A DNA stretch of 32,000 nt from Crocosphaera subtropica ATCC 51142 (GTDB lineage: Bacteria > Cyanobacteriota > Cyanobacteriia > Cyanobacteriales > Microcystaceae): positions 4,320,001 through 4,352,000 of the forward strand of contig NC_010546.1 in NCBI RefSeq assembly GCF_000017845.1, in the 5' to 3' direction. Position numbers and translations under genes: made by a program. Positions 16,681-26,675 of the stretch are shown in pieces. Positions within the stretch are counted from its first letter, which is position 1; every line of letters starts with the position of its first letter. Under the pieces are notes generated by a model, which was not told where the DNA came from, made no database searches, and saw only the letters and a program-made list of their open reading frames with translations.

Positions 16681-17474
16681 TGGAAGCCATAGAAGCGTTA
16701 CAAAAAGAACTAGAAGCGACTCGATTAGCTTACGAAATGACAACACAAATAAGTCAGTTTAAAAGCAGTTATTTAGCAAAAACTGCTCACGAATTACGTT
16801 CTCCTTTAAGCAGTTTGATGGGGCTACATCAATTGATTTTAGGTAATTTATGTGAAGATCCTCAAGAAGAAAAAGAATTTTTACAACAAGGATTTGAAGC
16901 AGCTAAAAAATTAGTAGAAATTATTGATAGAATTGTCACAATTTCTAAAATTGACTGTGGAAAAATCCCACTGAATTTAGAGACTGTGTCTTTACATAAT
17001 ATTGTTAAGGAAGTTTATCAGTTAACAGAGTTTCAAGCAATAAATTATAGTTATCGAATCAAGGTAAAACAGCCTGAAACTGAAATTTTCATTCAAGCTG
17101 ATGAAACTCTTTTGATTCAGGGATTAACTACTTTAATTGATAATTCTCTAACTTTGATGAATAAAGGTACAATTTTCATCAGTAGTCAATTTAATGAAAG
17201 AGAAAATCAAGCAAAACTTCTGATTGATATTCCTTGTTCTCCTCAACACTGGGAAAAACAACAAGAAGACTTATCAACTTCTGACTTAACATTAAGTTCT
17301 CTCAAAAAATGGAGTCATGATTTACAATTATCTCCAGCTATGACCTTGACATTATGTCAAACTTTATTAGAAAAAATGGGGGGAAATTTAACTGTTTTAG
17401 ATATTTCCCCCGAAAATAAACCAGAAACTTTTACACGCTTGCAGTGTCTAATGCCTTTGATTCAGCTACCATAG
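16680..17474 (+). CDS. Sensor-less histidine-kinase-like protein (coiled coil, DHp H-box, degenerate HATPase_c)
   Basis: H-box AKTAHELRSPLSSL (His37) and an N-box-like LIDNSL. The G1 position reads DIPCS instead of DxGxG, and the GLGL position reads MTLTL; GGNL is retained. The ATG overlaps the tsaC TAA (TAATG at 16678-16682). Confidence 0.7.
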   Translation: MEAIEALQKELEATRLAYEMTTQISQFKSSYLAKTAHELRSPLSSLMGLHQLILGNLCEDPQEEKEFLQQGFEAAKKLVEIIDRIVTISKIDCGKIPLNLETVSLHNIVKEVYQLTEFQAINYSYRIKVKQPETEIFIQADETLLIQGLTTLIDNSLTLMNKGTIFISSQFNERENQAKLLIDIPCSPQHWEKQQEDLSTSDLTLSSLKKWSHDLQLSPAMTLTLCQTLLEKMGGNLTVLDISPENKPETFTRLQCLMPLIQLP

Positions 17475-17919
17475 AACCATCTCCTAAGGAAATGGGGTTA
17501 ATTTCGTAAGCATTTTGTAGAACCATTGTGGTCGATTTATTTTCCTGAAATCCAATTTTTTGATAGAATTTTTGTTGATAGGTTGTCATGAGATAAACCC
17601 TTTCTACCTGACTCATTAAAGGATGACTTAAGGCGGTTTCAACTAATTTACGACCTAATCCTAATCCTTGGTATTCTTTGTGAATAACCACATCCCAAAT
17701 AGTGGCCCGATAAACCCCGTCTGAGGTTCCACGACAAAAACCAATCATTGTTTTACCATCCCAAACTGTCACCACGGGATTACTATTTAAAACCGCAGTT
17801 TTTAAGTCTTGTATGGTTCTTTCTCTAGCCCAAAATGCTGCTTGATTAAACAATATTTGTAGTTGTGGATAATCAACGTTTGACTTTTGCAGAGAAAACT
17901 GAATATTACTACAATCCAT
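17431..17919 (-). CDS. GNAT-family N-acetyltransferase
   Basis: Motif A is present: VVIHKEYQGLGLGRKLVE...FYQKIGF. 162 aa. The 3' end overlaps the convergent kinase-like gene by 44 nt. Confidence 0.85.
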   Translation of the reverse strand: MDCSNIQFSLQKSNVDYPQLQILFNQAAFWARERTIQDLKTAVLNSNPVVTVWDGKTMIGFCRGTSDGVYRATIWDVVIHKEYQGLGLGRKLVETALSHPLMSQVERVYLMTTYQQKFYQKIGFQENKSTTMVLQNAYEINPISLGDGSMVAESKALDTASV

Positions 17920-18340
17920 TGTTAGTAATTCCTATGAATGTTAATCGAGAGAATACTGGGTTTAGATAACAACCCAAATTATAAAGAACTGAAACGATTA
18001 TTTTTGAGACGCTAAGAAAATTGTAGCGAATTTTACAAAAAAAACAATCACTTTCTGAGTAAGTTTGTGTTTATTTCTTGACATTTGTGGAACATCTAGT
18101 AATTCTTCCCTGTCGTTGTCTCTGGTGGTGCTAATAGTTGATTACAAGTCATTTACATCGGTTTTCTGGCGAAAAAACCGAATAAAAAGTTAATGGCATG
18201 ACATAGGTTTTTTAGGGCTTATGGTCTTCTAATCAGTTGAAATTAATTCAAAATTAGGTGTGTCCACAGTCCAAATATTTAGTACCATCAAGGCGAAAAC
18301 CTACTCATCTTATTTTATCTTAATCGGTTCTGACGAGGAT

Positions 18341-19051
18341 ATGTTAGTATTGTCTTCCCCCGCAACGTCCCTAGAATTAATACCTCCTTCTGTTTCTGGA
18401 GAATATTGCTGTCGTATTCCCCTCAATTTATACAATTCAGCGACAGGGGAAGAGTTAGCTACCCAAATAGCAACAGGGAGGCATCTTAAGCTATTAGAAG
18501 CAACGTTAACCAATCAATTTATACAAGTTCAACTCTGTGAAGATGGTTACTTAGCTTGGTTATCTTTAAATGATGTGCCAAGTTTAGACGCTGCTACAAA
18601 AATTTATCAATCTAGACCCATATCCCGTCGACAAATTGAACAAAAGATCCCTAGGATTATTGCGTTTACTAAAGCAGCAATGAAACAGTCTAATTATTAT
18701 TTGTGGGGTGGAACCATTGCCCCTAATTATGATTGTTCCGGATTAATACAAGCTGCTTTTTGTGCATCAGGAATCTGGCTACCTAGGGATTCTTATCAAC
18801 AAGAAGCTTTTGTTAAAAAGATTTCTTATGAGGAATTATTACCAGGAGATTTGCTCTTTTTTGCCACAACTAGAGTAGACCATGTTGCCCTTTATTTAGG
18901 AAATGGTTATTATATTCACAGTTCAGGTCAAGAAGTAGGACGCAATAAAATTGCTATTGATCCTCTTTCTAATAAAGGCGATAAAGTCAGTAGCTACTAT
19001 TATCAGAAAATTTACAGTTTTGGGCGAGTGATGGAAAGTTATTGTCCCTAG
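18341..19051 (+). CDS. NlpC/P60 cell-wall peptidase with N-terminal SH3-like domain
   Basis: Catalytic Cys in YLWGGTIAPNYDCSGLIQAAF and His in DHVALYLGNGYYIHSS. The track start is a GTG at 18260. I prefer the ATG at 18341, but the start is uncertain because its GAGGA is only 1 nt upstream. Confidence 0.8.
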   Translation: MLVLSSPATSLELIPPSVSGEYCCRIPLNLYNSATGEELATQIATGRHLKLLEATLTNQFIQVQLCEDGYLAWLSLNDVPSLDAATKIYQSRPISRRQIEQKIPRIIAFTKAAMKQSNYYLWGGTIAPNYDCSGLIQAAFCASGIWLPRDSYQQEAFVKKISYEELLPGDLLFFATTRVDHVALYLGNGYYIHSSGQEVGRNKIAIDPLSNKGDKVSSYYYQKIYSFGRVMESYCP

Positions 19052-19100
19052 ACTATTATAGGAAAAGAAGTTAAGCGCACCGCCGATTAATAGGGACTGT

Positions 19101-21818
19101 ATGGACTTAATTTTATGCCATCAGACGGTTGATTTTGACGCATTAGGGGCAGCCGTTGGTTTATCTTGTCTCAAAGTAGGAAGTCGCATTGTTTTAACCG
19201 GTGGGGCCCATCCGACGGTTAAGGATTTTTTAGCATTGCATCGAGATGAAATCCCCCTGATTGAGTTAAGAAGTGTTAACCCTAAGCAAATTCGTCATTT
19301 AATTGTTGTCGATAATCAACAACTGAATCGTTTAGGAAAAGCCTCTGATTGGTTTAGCTTGTCTCAGATTAAAAGTGTTGAATTATATGACCATCATCTT
19401 AACAATAAATGCGATATTCCTACCACGTTTCAACAAATCGAACCAGTGGGGGCAACCACAACTTTAATTGTAGAAAAAATACAGGAAGCAAACATTATTC
19501 CTAACCCCATTGAAGCGACAATTATGGCGTTGGGAATTCATGTAGATACAGGGTCTTTAACCTTTTCTCAGTCCACTGCTAGGGATGCTAAAGCATTAGC
19601 TTGGTTAATGGAAATAGGGGCTAATGTGAAGATTGTAGCTGAATATTGTGACCCTGGTTTTACCCCTCAGTTACAAGGAATCTTTAGTGAAGCCTTAGAT
19701 AAATTTGAGACAAAAAATATTAGGGGTTATCAAATTGCTTGGGTACTCATTGAAACAGAAAATTTTGTATCAGGGTTATCGAATTTAGCAGAAAGATTAA
19801 TCGAATTAACCGAAAGTGATGCTTTATTATTTGCTCATAGTTATCACAAACGACACAATGATAAGCCTTATCCTCAAAACCGTTTAATTATTATTGGTCG
19901 AACCCGTATAGAAGGCACAAACCTCAATGAATTATTCTCAGTTTATGGTGGTGGTGGTCATAGTCAAGCTGCTTCTTTAATGTTAAGGGATGTAGACCCT
20001 GAAAACAAATTACAGCAATTAGTAGAAGAATTTATTACTCAAATTCCTCACCCTTTAACAGCGAGAGATTTAATGTCTTCTCCGGTAAGAACAATTCGAC
20101 CCGAAACTACCATAGAACAAGCACAAAGAATGTTATTTCGCTATGGCCATTCGGGGTTATCGGTAGTAGATGAAAACGATCATTTAGTAGGTGTTATTTC
20201 CCGTCGGGATTTAGATTTAGCCCTGCATCATGGGTTTAGTCATGCACCGGTAAAAGGATACATGAGCAAAAACCTAAAAACCATTCATCCTGATACTTTA
20301 TTACCTGATATTGAATCAATTATGGTAACTTATGATGTGGGAAGATTACCAGTTATTAATGATGATAAGTTAATCGGAATTGTCACCCGAACTGACTTAT
20401 TAAGGCAAATTCATCAACAGAGAAAAGAAGTTAAAGACGAAAATGGGAAAAAAGTAGCAACGGTTTCCTGTTTATTGCCCTCCATTCGTAACTCTTTAGA
20501 ACCTTCTATCTGGAAATTATTAGAAGAAATTGCCCAAGAAGCAGAACATAAAGGTTGGCATTTATATATTGTTGGTGGGGCAGTTAGGGACTTATTACTA
20601 ACAAGAAATTACGAAAAAGTTTTACTTCAGGATATTGATTTAGTCGTAGATGGATTTCATCGATCCGCAGATGTTGGGGCAGGAGTGGAATTAGCTTCAA
20701 CCATACAAAAAAAATACTCAAACTGCCGATTATCAGTACATGGTGAGTTTCAGACGGCAGCTTTATTATGGCATAAAGATCCAGAATTTGGATCACTATG
20801 GCTCGATATTGCTACCTCCAGAACTGAATTTTATCCTTACCCGGCTGCTAACCCAGAAGTAGAAGCGAGTTCTATTCGTCAAGACTTATATAGAAGAGAT
20901 TTCACCATTAATGCTTTAGCCGTGAGATTAACCCCACCAAGAGAAGGGGAATTACTTGACTTTTTTGGCGGTTTATTAGATTTAAAAGCGAAAGAAGTTA
21001 GGGTACTTCATGCCAATAGTTTTATTGAAGATCCTACCAGAATTTATCGTGCAGTTCGGTTCGCTGTCCGTTTAAAGTTTGAAATTGAACCGCAAACAGA
21101 AGCTTATATTCGTTACGCTATTGAAAGCGGCATTTATGAAAAATTACGGCTTAAAAATCATGTTGCCCCTGCATTGACAACACGATTAAAAGCTGAATTA
21201 AAATATATTTTAGAAGCAAATTATTGGAAACCAGCTTTACAATTACTTTCAGAGTTAGATGCTTTAAAATGTTTACATAATCAAGTTAGTTTAGATGACA
21301 AAATCTGGTGGCAGATTCGATGTGCTTCTCGTTGGTTAAAATATCTTGATCCTGATAATAAGATTGGTCATTGGTTGATTCGTCTAGAAATATTAATCTC
21401 TCAAATCAATATAAAAGAAAGAAAACAACTTGCTCAAAATTTGCAACTGCCTAAAGAAAGTCTAGAAAGGATCGAAATAGTAAATACACTTTCTTCAGAA
21501 ATACAAGAAAATTTAAAAAAATATGATAAAACAAGCGAAAAATATAAACAATTATATCGCTATAAATTACCTGACTTAATGTTAGTTGCAGTCAATTGTA
21601 ACAAAAAAATTAGACGTATTATTTGGCAATATTTAACCCAATGGTCAAAAGTTGAAAGTCCTTTAAATGGTAATGATTTAAAACGAATGGGATATAAACC
21701 AGGGCCTAAATATAAAATGGTATTAGATAGGTTATTGAGTTTAACCTTAGATGGAGAAATTCAAAGCAAAGAAGAAGCAGAAATAATAGTTAGGGAAATG
21801 ATGAAAGAGTTAAACTAA
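19101..21818 (+). CDS. DHH/DHHA1 phosphoesterase - CBS pair - class II nucleotidyltransferase (CCA-adding enzyme/poly(A) polymerase family) fusion
   Basis: DHH motifs: DFDALGA, VVDNQ, YDHH (codons 19389-19397), [12 protein letters not shown]1 motif GGGGH at aa 283-287. Two CBS repeats at aa ~321-438. Nucleotidyltransferase head GGAVRDLLL (aa 492-500), DIDLVV (511-516) and RRDFTINA; 905 aa. Confidence 0.9.
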   Translation: MDLILCHQTVDFDALGAAVGLSCLKVGSRIVLTGGAHPTVKDFLALHRDEIPLIELRSVNPKQIRHLIVVDNQQLNRLGKASDWFSLSQIKSVELYDHHLNNKCDIPTTFQQIEPVGATTTLIVEKIQEANIIPNPIEATIMALGIHVDTGSLTFSQSTARDAKALAWLMEIGANVKIVAEYCDPGFTPQLQGIFSEALDKFETKNIRGYQIAWVLIETENFVSGLSNLAERLIELTESDALLFAHSYHKRHNDKPYPQNRLIIIGRTRIEGTNLNELFSVYGGGGHSQAASLMLRDVDPENKLQQLVEEFITQIPHPLTARDLMSSPVRTIRPETTIEQAQRMLFRYGHSGLSVVDENDHLVGVISRRDLDLALHHGFSHAPVKGYMSKNLKTIHPDTLLPDIESIMVTYDVGRLPVINDDKLIGIVTRTDLLRQIHQQRKEVKDENGKKVATVSCLLPSIRNSLEPSIWKLLEEIAQEAEHKGWHLYIVGGAVRDLLLTRNYEKVLLQDIDLVVDGFHRSADVGAGVELASTIQKKYSNCRLSVHGEFQTAALLWHKDPEFGSLWLDIATSRTEFYPYPAANPEVEASSIRQDLYRRDFTINALAVRLTPPREGELLDFFGGLLDLKAKEVRVLHANSFIEDPTRIYRAVRFAVRLKFEIEPQTEAYIRYAIESGIYEKLRLKNHVAPALTTRLKAELKYILEANYWKPALQLLSELDALKCLHNQVSLDDKIWWQIRCASRWLKYLDPDNKIGHWLIRLEILISQINIKERKQLAQNLQLPKESLERIEIVNTLSSEIQENLKKYDKTSEKYKQLYRYKLPDLMLVAVNCNKKIRRIIWQYLTQWSKVESPLNGNDLKRMGYKPGPKYKMVLDRLLSLTLDGEIQSKEEAEIIVREMMKELN

Positions 21819-22047
21819 CCGCTCAATGATCTATCAAAACTCACTTAATATACCTATATCATGAATATCTTTACTGATTTTTATTTTTCACAATGTAATG
21901 ATAGCAAGCATCTTATTTGATTGTTCTCAAAGAAGACAAGAAAATGCTCACAGCATCAAATACGAATATCTATCCCATCAATTCATAAATTGACAAGACC
22001 GCAAAACAAAAACCTGTTATTATGTAGTAGTTTTAGGATTGAGAATT

Positions 22048-22686
22048 ATGATTTACCTTGACTCAGCTATTATCAAAGATGTAGAAACTGCCATAAAATA
22101 TGGATGGGTAAAAGGGATTACTACGAATCCAACTATATTAGCAAAAAGTAACTTATCTCCAGAAGAAACTTTACGAAAATTAGCTAATCTGAGTCCAGGG
22201 GAACTGTATTATCAGTTAACAGCAACCGAAGCTGAAACTATGATCGCAGAAGCACAAAAAGCCTATGAATTAATAGGAGAAAAAACTGTCTTAAAAATTC
22301 CTGCGACAACCATCGGGTTTCAAGTGACAGCCAGCTTATCTCCTAAAATTCCTTGTGCTGTTACTGCTATTTATAGTAGCGCACAAGCTGCCATTGCCAA
22401 AGAAGCCGGGGCAAAATATGCGATCGCTTATGTTAACCGTGCAACTCGGTTATTAGGAGATGGTTTAGCCTTAGTTAATAATATGGCAAAAGTGTTAGAA
22501 GGTAGCGACACTGAGATTTTAGCAGCCAGTTTAAAATCCCCCGAAGAAGCAGCAGCCGCTTTAAAAGCAGGGGCGCATCATTTAACCATTCCTTTAGATA
22601 TTTTAACCGCTATGACCACTCATGAATTATCAGAAAAAACGGTCATAGAATTTAACGAAAAAGGACAAGGCATTGAAGTTAAATAA
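22048..22686 (+). CDS. Transaldolase-family protein (short TalC / fructose-6-phosphate aldolase type)
   Basis: Motifs ITTNPTIL, the Schiff-base Lys context TVLKIPAT, AIYSSAQAAIAKEAGAKY and VNRA; ~212 aa. The track start at 22039 is TTG; the ATG at 22048 is preferred. Confidence 0.8.
   Translation: MIYLDSAIIKDVETAIKYGWVKGITTNPTILAKSNLSPEETLRKLANLSPGELYYQLTATEAETMIAEAQKAYELIGEKTVLKIPATTIGFQVTASLSPKIPCAVTAIYSSAQAAIAKEAGAKYAIAYVNRATRLLGDGLALVNNMAKVLEGSDTEILAASLKSPEEAAAALKAGAHHLTIPLDILTAMTTHELSEKTVIEFNEKGQGIEVK
22420..22427. repeat. HIP1 octamer GCGATCGC
   Basis: Exact match read in sequence. Confidence 0.95.
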
Positions 22687-22727
22687 ATAGCTTATTTTTT
22701 AGAAAAAACAAGATTCAACCTGGAAAA

Positions 22728-24257
22728 ATGAAACATGAAAAGCAAATAATCATTCTTATCGCTCTTTTATTCACAACCGTTTTTATTAGTTCTTTTTGTC
22801 TATTAATAGGGGGAACTGAAGCTGCTATTATGGGAGCCTTATTAGTTCCTTGTACCGTATTTTCTTATTGTTTTCCTCGATGGGGTCTTTTAGCTTTTTT
22901 GATTTATCTTCCCCTGGGAGGAACTATTACTTATGCTATAGCTGATGTTTTTAAAGAAGTGGGTAAGGGTGTTCGCTATACAGGATCTTATTCCTTATTT
23001 CATTTAGCTAAAAATGCTTTCTATATACCTGCTTTACTAGGAATTTGTGTTAGTTCTCAAATTTGGCAAAAGAAAACATTAAAATTCAAACCTTTATTAC
23101 TTACTATTGCTGTCTTTGCATTCACTTGTTTTTTGACCTTCTTTTTGGTAAATTTTCCTCAAGATTTTTCTAATTCTAAGGATAAGATTATTTTAATGGG
23201 ACTGGTGGGTCTGAAGGTTTGGTTAGGTTACATACCTTTAATTCTTTGTGCTTATTATTATCTCAATAATCAAAAAACTCTACTGTGGTTAAATCGGGTT
23301 TTAGTTCTTATTATTGCTACTGCTTGTATTTTATGTCTGATTCAATATTTATTATTAGTGTATGGTATTTGTCCAGACAGCAGCGAATTACCTTCACCTT
23401 CTAATACTGCTGCTAGTTTACGCGCTCAATGTTTTGTGGGAGGTTCTTTACTTTATAATCCAGCCAAAAACTTAATTCGACTACCAGGAACCTTTGTTGC
23501 TCCTTGGCAATGGGCTTGGTTTCTTATTACTAGCAGTTTTATCACTTATGGGGTTAGTTTGAGTGACCCTTCTCGTCTTTGGAAAGGTATCAGTTTTGCT
23601 TCTATTATAACTGTCTTAATTGCTACATTAATTTCAGGACAAAGAACAGCTTTATTATTGGTTCCTATCATTGATTTACTCCTCTTTCTTTTGACCGAAA
23701 AAAGAAATAAAAATTTATTAATTAAATTAGCAATTATCTTTATAATAACTGTAATTATAACTACTCAAGTTGGTTTAGTGGATGAAAGAGTTGCCAATTT
23801 TATTCAACGTTGGCAATATGCACCACCATATGAATTTATAGCCAAACAAATACAATGGTTAAGTCACGATCGCATTACCTTATTTGGTCATGGACTCGGA
23901 AAAACAGCTAGTGCGGCTCGTCGTTTAGGTTCAATTCAACTGGTAGAAACCTTTCCTGTTCAACTAATCTATGAAATAGGAATATTAGGATATTTAGCAT
24001 TTTTAAGTGTTGTGACTACCTTAACGATTCTTACCTTTAAAGCTTATCGTTCCCTAAAAACTCCTAGGTTGCGGGGACTGGGATTGTGCCTATGGGTTTT
24101 TATTTTATTTATTAGCTATAATCCTTATTATTATCCTCTCGCTGTTGATCCGGTTGCTGTGTATTACTGGTTCGTTGCAGGAATGTTATTAAAATTACCT
24201 GTCTTAGAACAAAAAACCATGTCTATATCTCCAGAAAACAGTAAATTATCAAATTAA
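22728..24257 (+). CDS. Polytopic membrane protein, O-antigen ligase / Wzy_C-like
   Basis: 509 aa with at least 10 hydrophobic helices. It has a central loop and an ISGQRTALLLVP segment typical of the O-antigen ligase/polymerase family. The family call is by pattern only. Confidence 0.55.
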   Translation: MKHEKQIIILIALLFTTVFISSFCLLIGGTEAAIMGALLVPCTVFSYCFPRWGLLAFLIYLPLGGTITYAIADVFKEVGKGVRYTGSYSLFHLAKNAFYIPALLGICVSSQIWQKKTLKFKPLLLTIAVFAFTCFLTFFLVNFPQDFSNSKDKIILMGLVGLKVWLGYIPLILCAYYYLNNQKTLLWLNRVLVLIIATACILCLIQYLLLVYGICPDSSELPSPSNTAASLRAQCFVGGSLLYNPAKNLIRLPGTFVAPWQWAWFLITSSFITYGVSLSDPSRLWKGISFASIITVLIATLISGQRTALLLVPIIDLLLFLLTEKRNKNLLIKLAIIFIITVIITTQVGLVDERVANFIQRWQYAPPYEFIAKQIQWLSHDRITLFGHGLGKTASAARRLGSIQLVETFPVQLIYEIGILGYLAFLSVVTTLTILTFKAYRSLKTPRLRGLGLCLWVFILFISYNPYYYPLAVDPVAVYYWFVAGMLLKLPVLEQKTMSISPENSKLSN

Positions 24258-24260
24258 TTA

Positions 24261-24971
24261 TTATAATGTTTGATAAATAGTTTCTAATTTACTTCTTTCC
24301 CAAATGCTTTCTAACGAGGGTAAATAGTGAGGAAAACTGAAATTTAAACCAGCTTCTTCTTGAAAATTTTTAACTAAATCTGCTGCTATTATTCTCAAAG
24401 CATTGCAATTAAACTCTTTTTCTATACTTGTTTGATATTCAATATTGTTGAAGAAATTATCTTGATTATTTCTAAATTGGCTTGCTGTTAAGTCAGTTTC
24501 TGTTAAGTCAGCTTCTTGTAGATTTGCTCCTGTTAAATTCGCTCCTATTAAATAACTTCGTTTCAAATTACATCCTTTTAAATTAGCATTTCCTAAATTG
24601 GTATCGACTAAATAACTATCGATAATATAGGATTGATACAAGTTTGCATTCTCAAGATTGGCTTTACTTAAATCTGAATTAATTAAAATTGTATGACATA
24701 AATTAGCTTCAGATAAAATGGCTTTAAAACACACAGCACCAGCTAAATTAGCATAACTTAAATTAGCTTTTTTAAAAGAAGCATTGCTTAAATTTGTATT
24801 GACTAAAATAGCTTGCTCAAGGTTAACAGAATTAAGATTAGCACCTCGCAAATTTAATTGACTTAAATTGGCTGTTTTGAGATCCGGAATAATTTCTGGG
24901 TTCTGATTTCGCCATTGATTCCAAGTATCCACACTCTTTAATAAAATGTCAAGTTGCTGTTGATTTGCCAT
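24261..24971 (-). CDS. Pentapeptide-repeat protein
   Basis: About 27 consecutive A(D/N)LxX pentapeptides (ANLSQLNLRGANLNSVNLEQAILVNTNLSNASFKKANLSYANL...) followed by a ~70-aa non-repeat tail; 236 aa. Confidence 0.9.
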   Translation of the reverse strand: MANQQQLDILLKSVDTWNQWRNQNPEIIPDLKTANLSQLNLRGANLNSVNLEQAILVNTNLSNASFKKANLSYANLAGAVCFKAILSEANLCHTILINSDLSKANLENANLYQSYIIDSYLVDTNLGNANLKGCNLKRSYLIGANLTGANLQEADLTETDLTASQFRNNQDNFFNNIEYQTSIEKEFNCNALRIIAADLVKNFQEEAGLNFSFPHYLPSLESIWERSKLETIYQTL

Positions 24972-25158
24972 TCCGATTTTCCCTAGATTTACAAAACTTT
25001 ATTTGCTTAGTTTCAGTATAGTCACGGAATAGGTTAATCTGTGTGATCATTATCTCTATCTTATGGTGAGATTTAATCTAGACATACAGAAAATTCTATG
25101 TTAAAGAAGCATTTATAATCAATAATCATTTTACATCACTAATTTTATCAATAACTTC

Positions 25159-26577
25159 TTATTTGGCTTGAATTTTGCTAACTAATTGATTAAAAGGATA
25201 CCAATTATTCTCATTAGCGATCGCTTCCCATACGAATTCAATTTGAGGTCTGAGTAAGGAAATTTTACTATTAAATTGATTCATCTGTTTAGTTATCTCA
25301 TCTAAACAATCAGGGGAAAGATTACTAAGGGTTTCATAATAAACTTGTCGCCAATTTTCCCAATGAATTTCTGCTAAATTACTATTTTCCAAGATGGTTG
25401 ATTTATCTTTCCACCAACCTTGATTAATTTGAGTCATTAAATCTATGAAAAATTGATGATAAGGAAATTGGCTCTTTTTCAAAGCTTCAATCGTAACATT
25501 AACTAATTGATTTCCGTCTTGTATTAATCCGTATAATCCTAATTTTTTCAACATTTCCTGAGTGTAAGCCGTTTGATAATAATCATCAAAATTGTTTAAA
25601 GCGGCTTCTAAAGTTCCAGGAGAGACAATTGTCATTAATGGTAACTGCAACATCTCCAAATTAACCCGAACAATTAAAGGCTGATTTCCATAGGAATAAC
25701 GTTTAGCATAATCAAAGTAAGCAGCAGTAAAAGACGGATCATAGGTGGGAATGAAAGCATAGGGGCCATAATCAAAACTCTCCCCCGTAATAGACATATT
25801 ATCAGTATTCAATACCCCATGACAAAATCCAGCTGCCATCCATTGTGCTGCTAATTGGGCATGACGTTGCACTAATTCTTGATAAAATAAACCGTAACAA
25901 TCTGATTCATTAGAGTTAATTTCTGGATAATAAATATCAATCACAAAATCCAATAACTTTTTGATTAAATCGGGTCGTTTTATATAGTATAAACGCTCAA
26001 AAGTTCCAAAGCGAATATGAGAACGACTCATACGAATCATGACAGAAGAACGGGTGGGAGATGGTTCATCCCCTCGCCATAATGCTTCCCCGGTTTCTAC
26101 TAAACTTAAACATCGAGAAGTTGTGACTCCCATTTTGTGTAAGGTTTCGGCTGCAAGAACTTCTCTTACTCCTCCTTTTAGGGTTAATCTACCATCCCCA
26201 CCCCGTGAATAGGGGGTTTGTCCGGACCCTTTTGTACCGAAATCATATAATTCTCCATCTACCCCTCTCACTTGTCCATAGAGGAACCCTCTACCGTCTC
26301 CCAAAGAAGGATTATATGCTCCAAATTGATAACCGTGATATCGTAAAGCGAGAAAGGGTCTTACCCCTTGAAATTTCCCAAAGGCTTCGATGAAATGTTC
26401 ATCTTCTACCTGTTCTACCCTTAACCCTAATTTGGGTAATAAATCATCGTTACGAAACCTTAAAATATGTTGAGGAAATTCTGCAGCCGGCACTTGATCA
26501 TAGTAATCTTCTCCCAAATTTTCTAAAGCAGGTTCATAATCGAGATTGAGAAAAGGATTATCTCCGTTTAAAGTCAT
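25159..26577 (-). CDS. selO: Protein adenylyltransferase SelO (YdiU/UPF0061)
   Basis: Motifs [39 protein letters not shown] and [23 protein letters not shown]; 472 aa. Confidence 0.9.
   Translation of the reverse strand: MTLNGDNPFLNLDYEPALENLGEDYYDQVPAAEFPQHILRFRNDDLLPKLGLRVEQVEDEHFIEAFGKFQGVRPFLALRYHGYQFGAYNPSLGDGRGFLYGQVRGVDGELYDFGTKGSGQTPYSRGGDGRLTLKGGVREVLAAETLHKMGVTTSRCLSLVETGEALWRGDEPSPTRSSVMIRMSRSHIRFGTFERLYYIKRPDLIKKLLDFVIDIYYPEINSNESDCYGLFYQELVQRHAQLAAQWMAAGFCHGVLNTDNMSITGESFDYGPYAFIPTYDPSFTAAYFDYAKRYSYGNQPLIVRVNLEMLQLPLMTIVSPGTLEAALNNFDDYYQTAYTQEMLKKLGLYGLIQDGNQLVNVTIEALKKSQFPYHQFFIDLMTQINQGWWKDKSTILENSNLAEIHWENWRQVYYETLSNLSPDCLDEITKQMNQFNSKISLLRPQIEFVWEAIANENNWYPFNQLVSKIQAK
25217..25224. 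repeat. HIP1 octamer GCGATCGC
   Basis: Exact match read in sequence. Confidence 0.95.
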
Positions 26578-26589
26578 AAGGTTCGTTTC

Positions 26590-26617
26590 AGTTATCAGTG
26601 ATCAGTGACCAGTTATC
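26590..26617. repeat. STRR-like tandem heptamer array (AGTTATC AGTGATC AGTGACC AGTTATC)
   Basis: Four contiguous 7-mers read directly in the 98-nt spacer between the helicase stop and the selO start. Confidence 0.7.
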
Positions 26618-26675
26618 ATAATTGACTACTCACTGTTTTAATTTTACCTTTATCTCGATTTATGATCTGAATTGA

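Noticed and set aside
18040-18340. Possible c-di-AMP (ydaO-type) riboswitch or other leader upstream of the NlpC/P60 gene, plus a TTGACA at 18079
   Set aside because: ydaO elements often precede cell-wall hydrolase genes, but none of the conserved G-rich/ACCC/CCGA blocks are present. Only small unrelated hairpins occur (18010-18032, 18159-18180). The TTGACA lacks a convincing -10 element at 16-18 nt.
24480-24900. Regular ~15-nt periodic repeats here and at 26703-26963, which could be mistaken for a CRISPR or tandem-repeat array
   Set aside because: The periodicity is the nucleotide image of pentapeptide (A(D/N)LxX) coding repeats inside long ORFs. There are no unique spacers and no cas genes.
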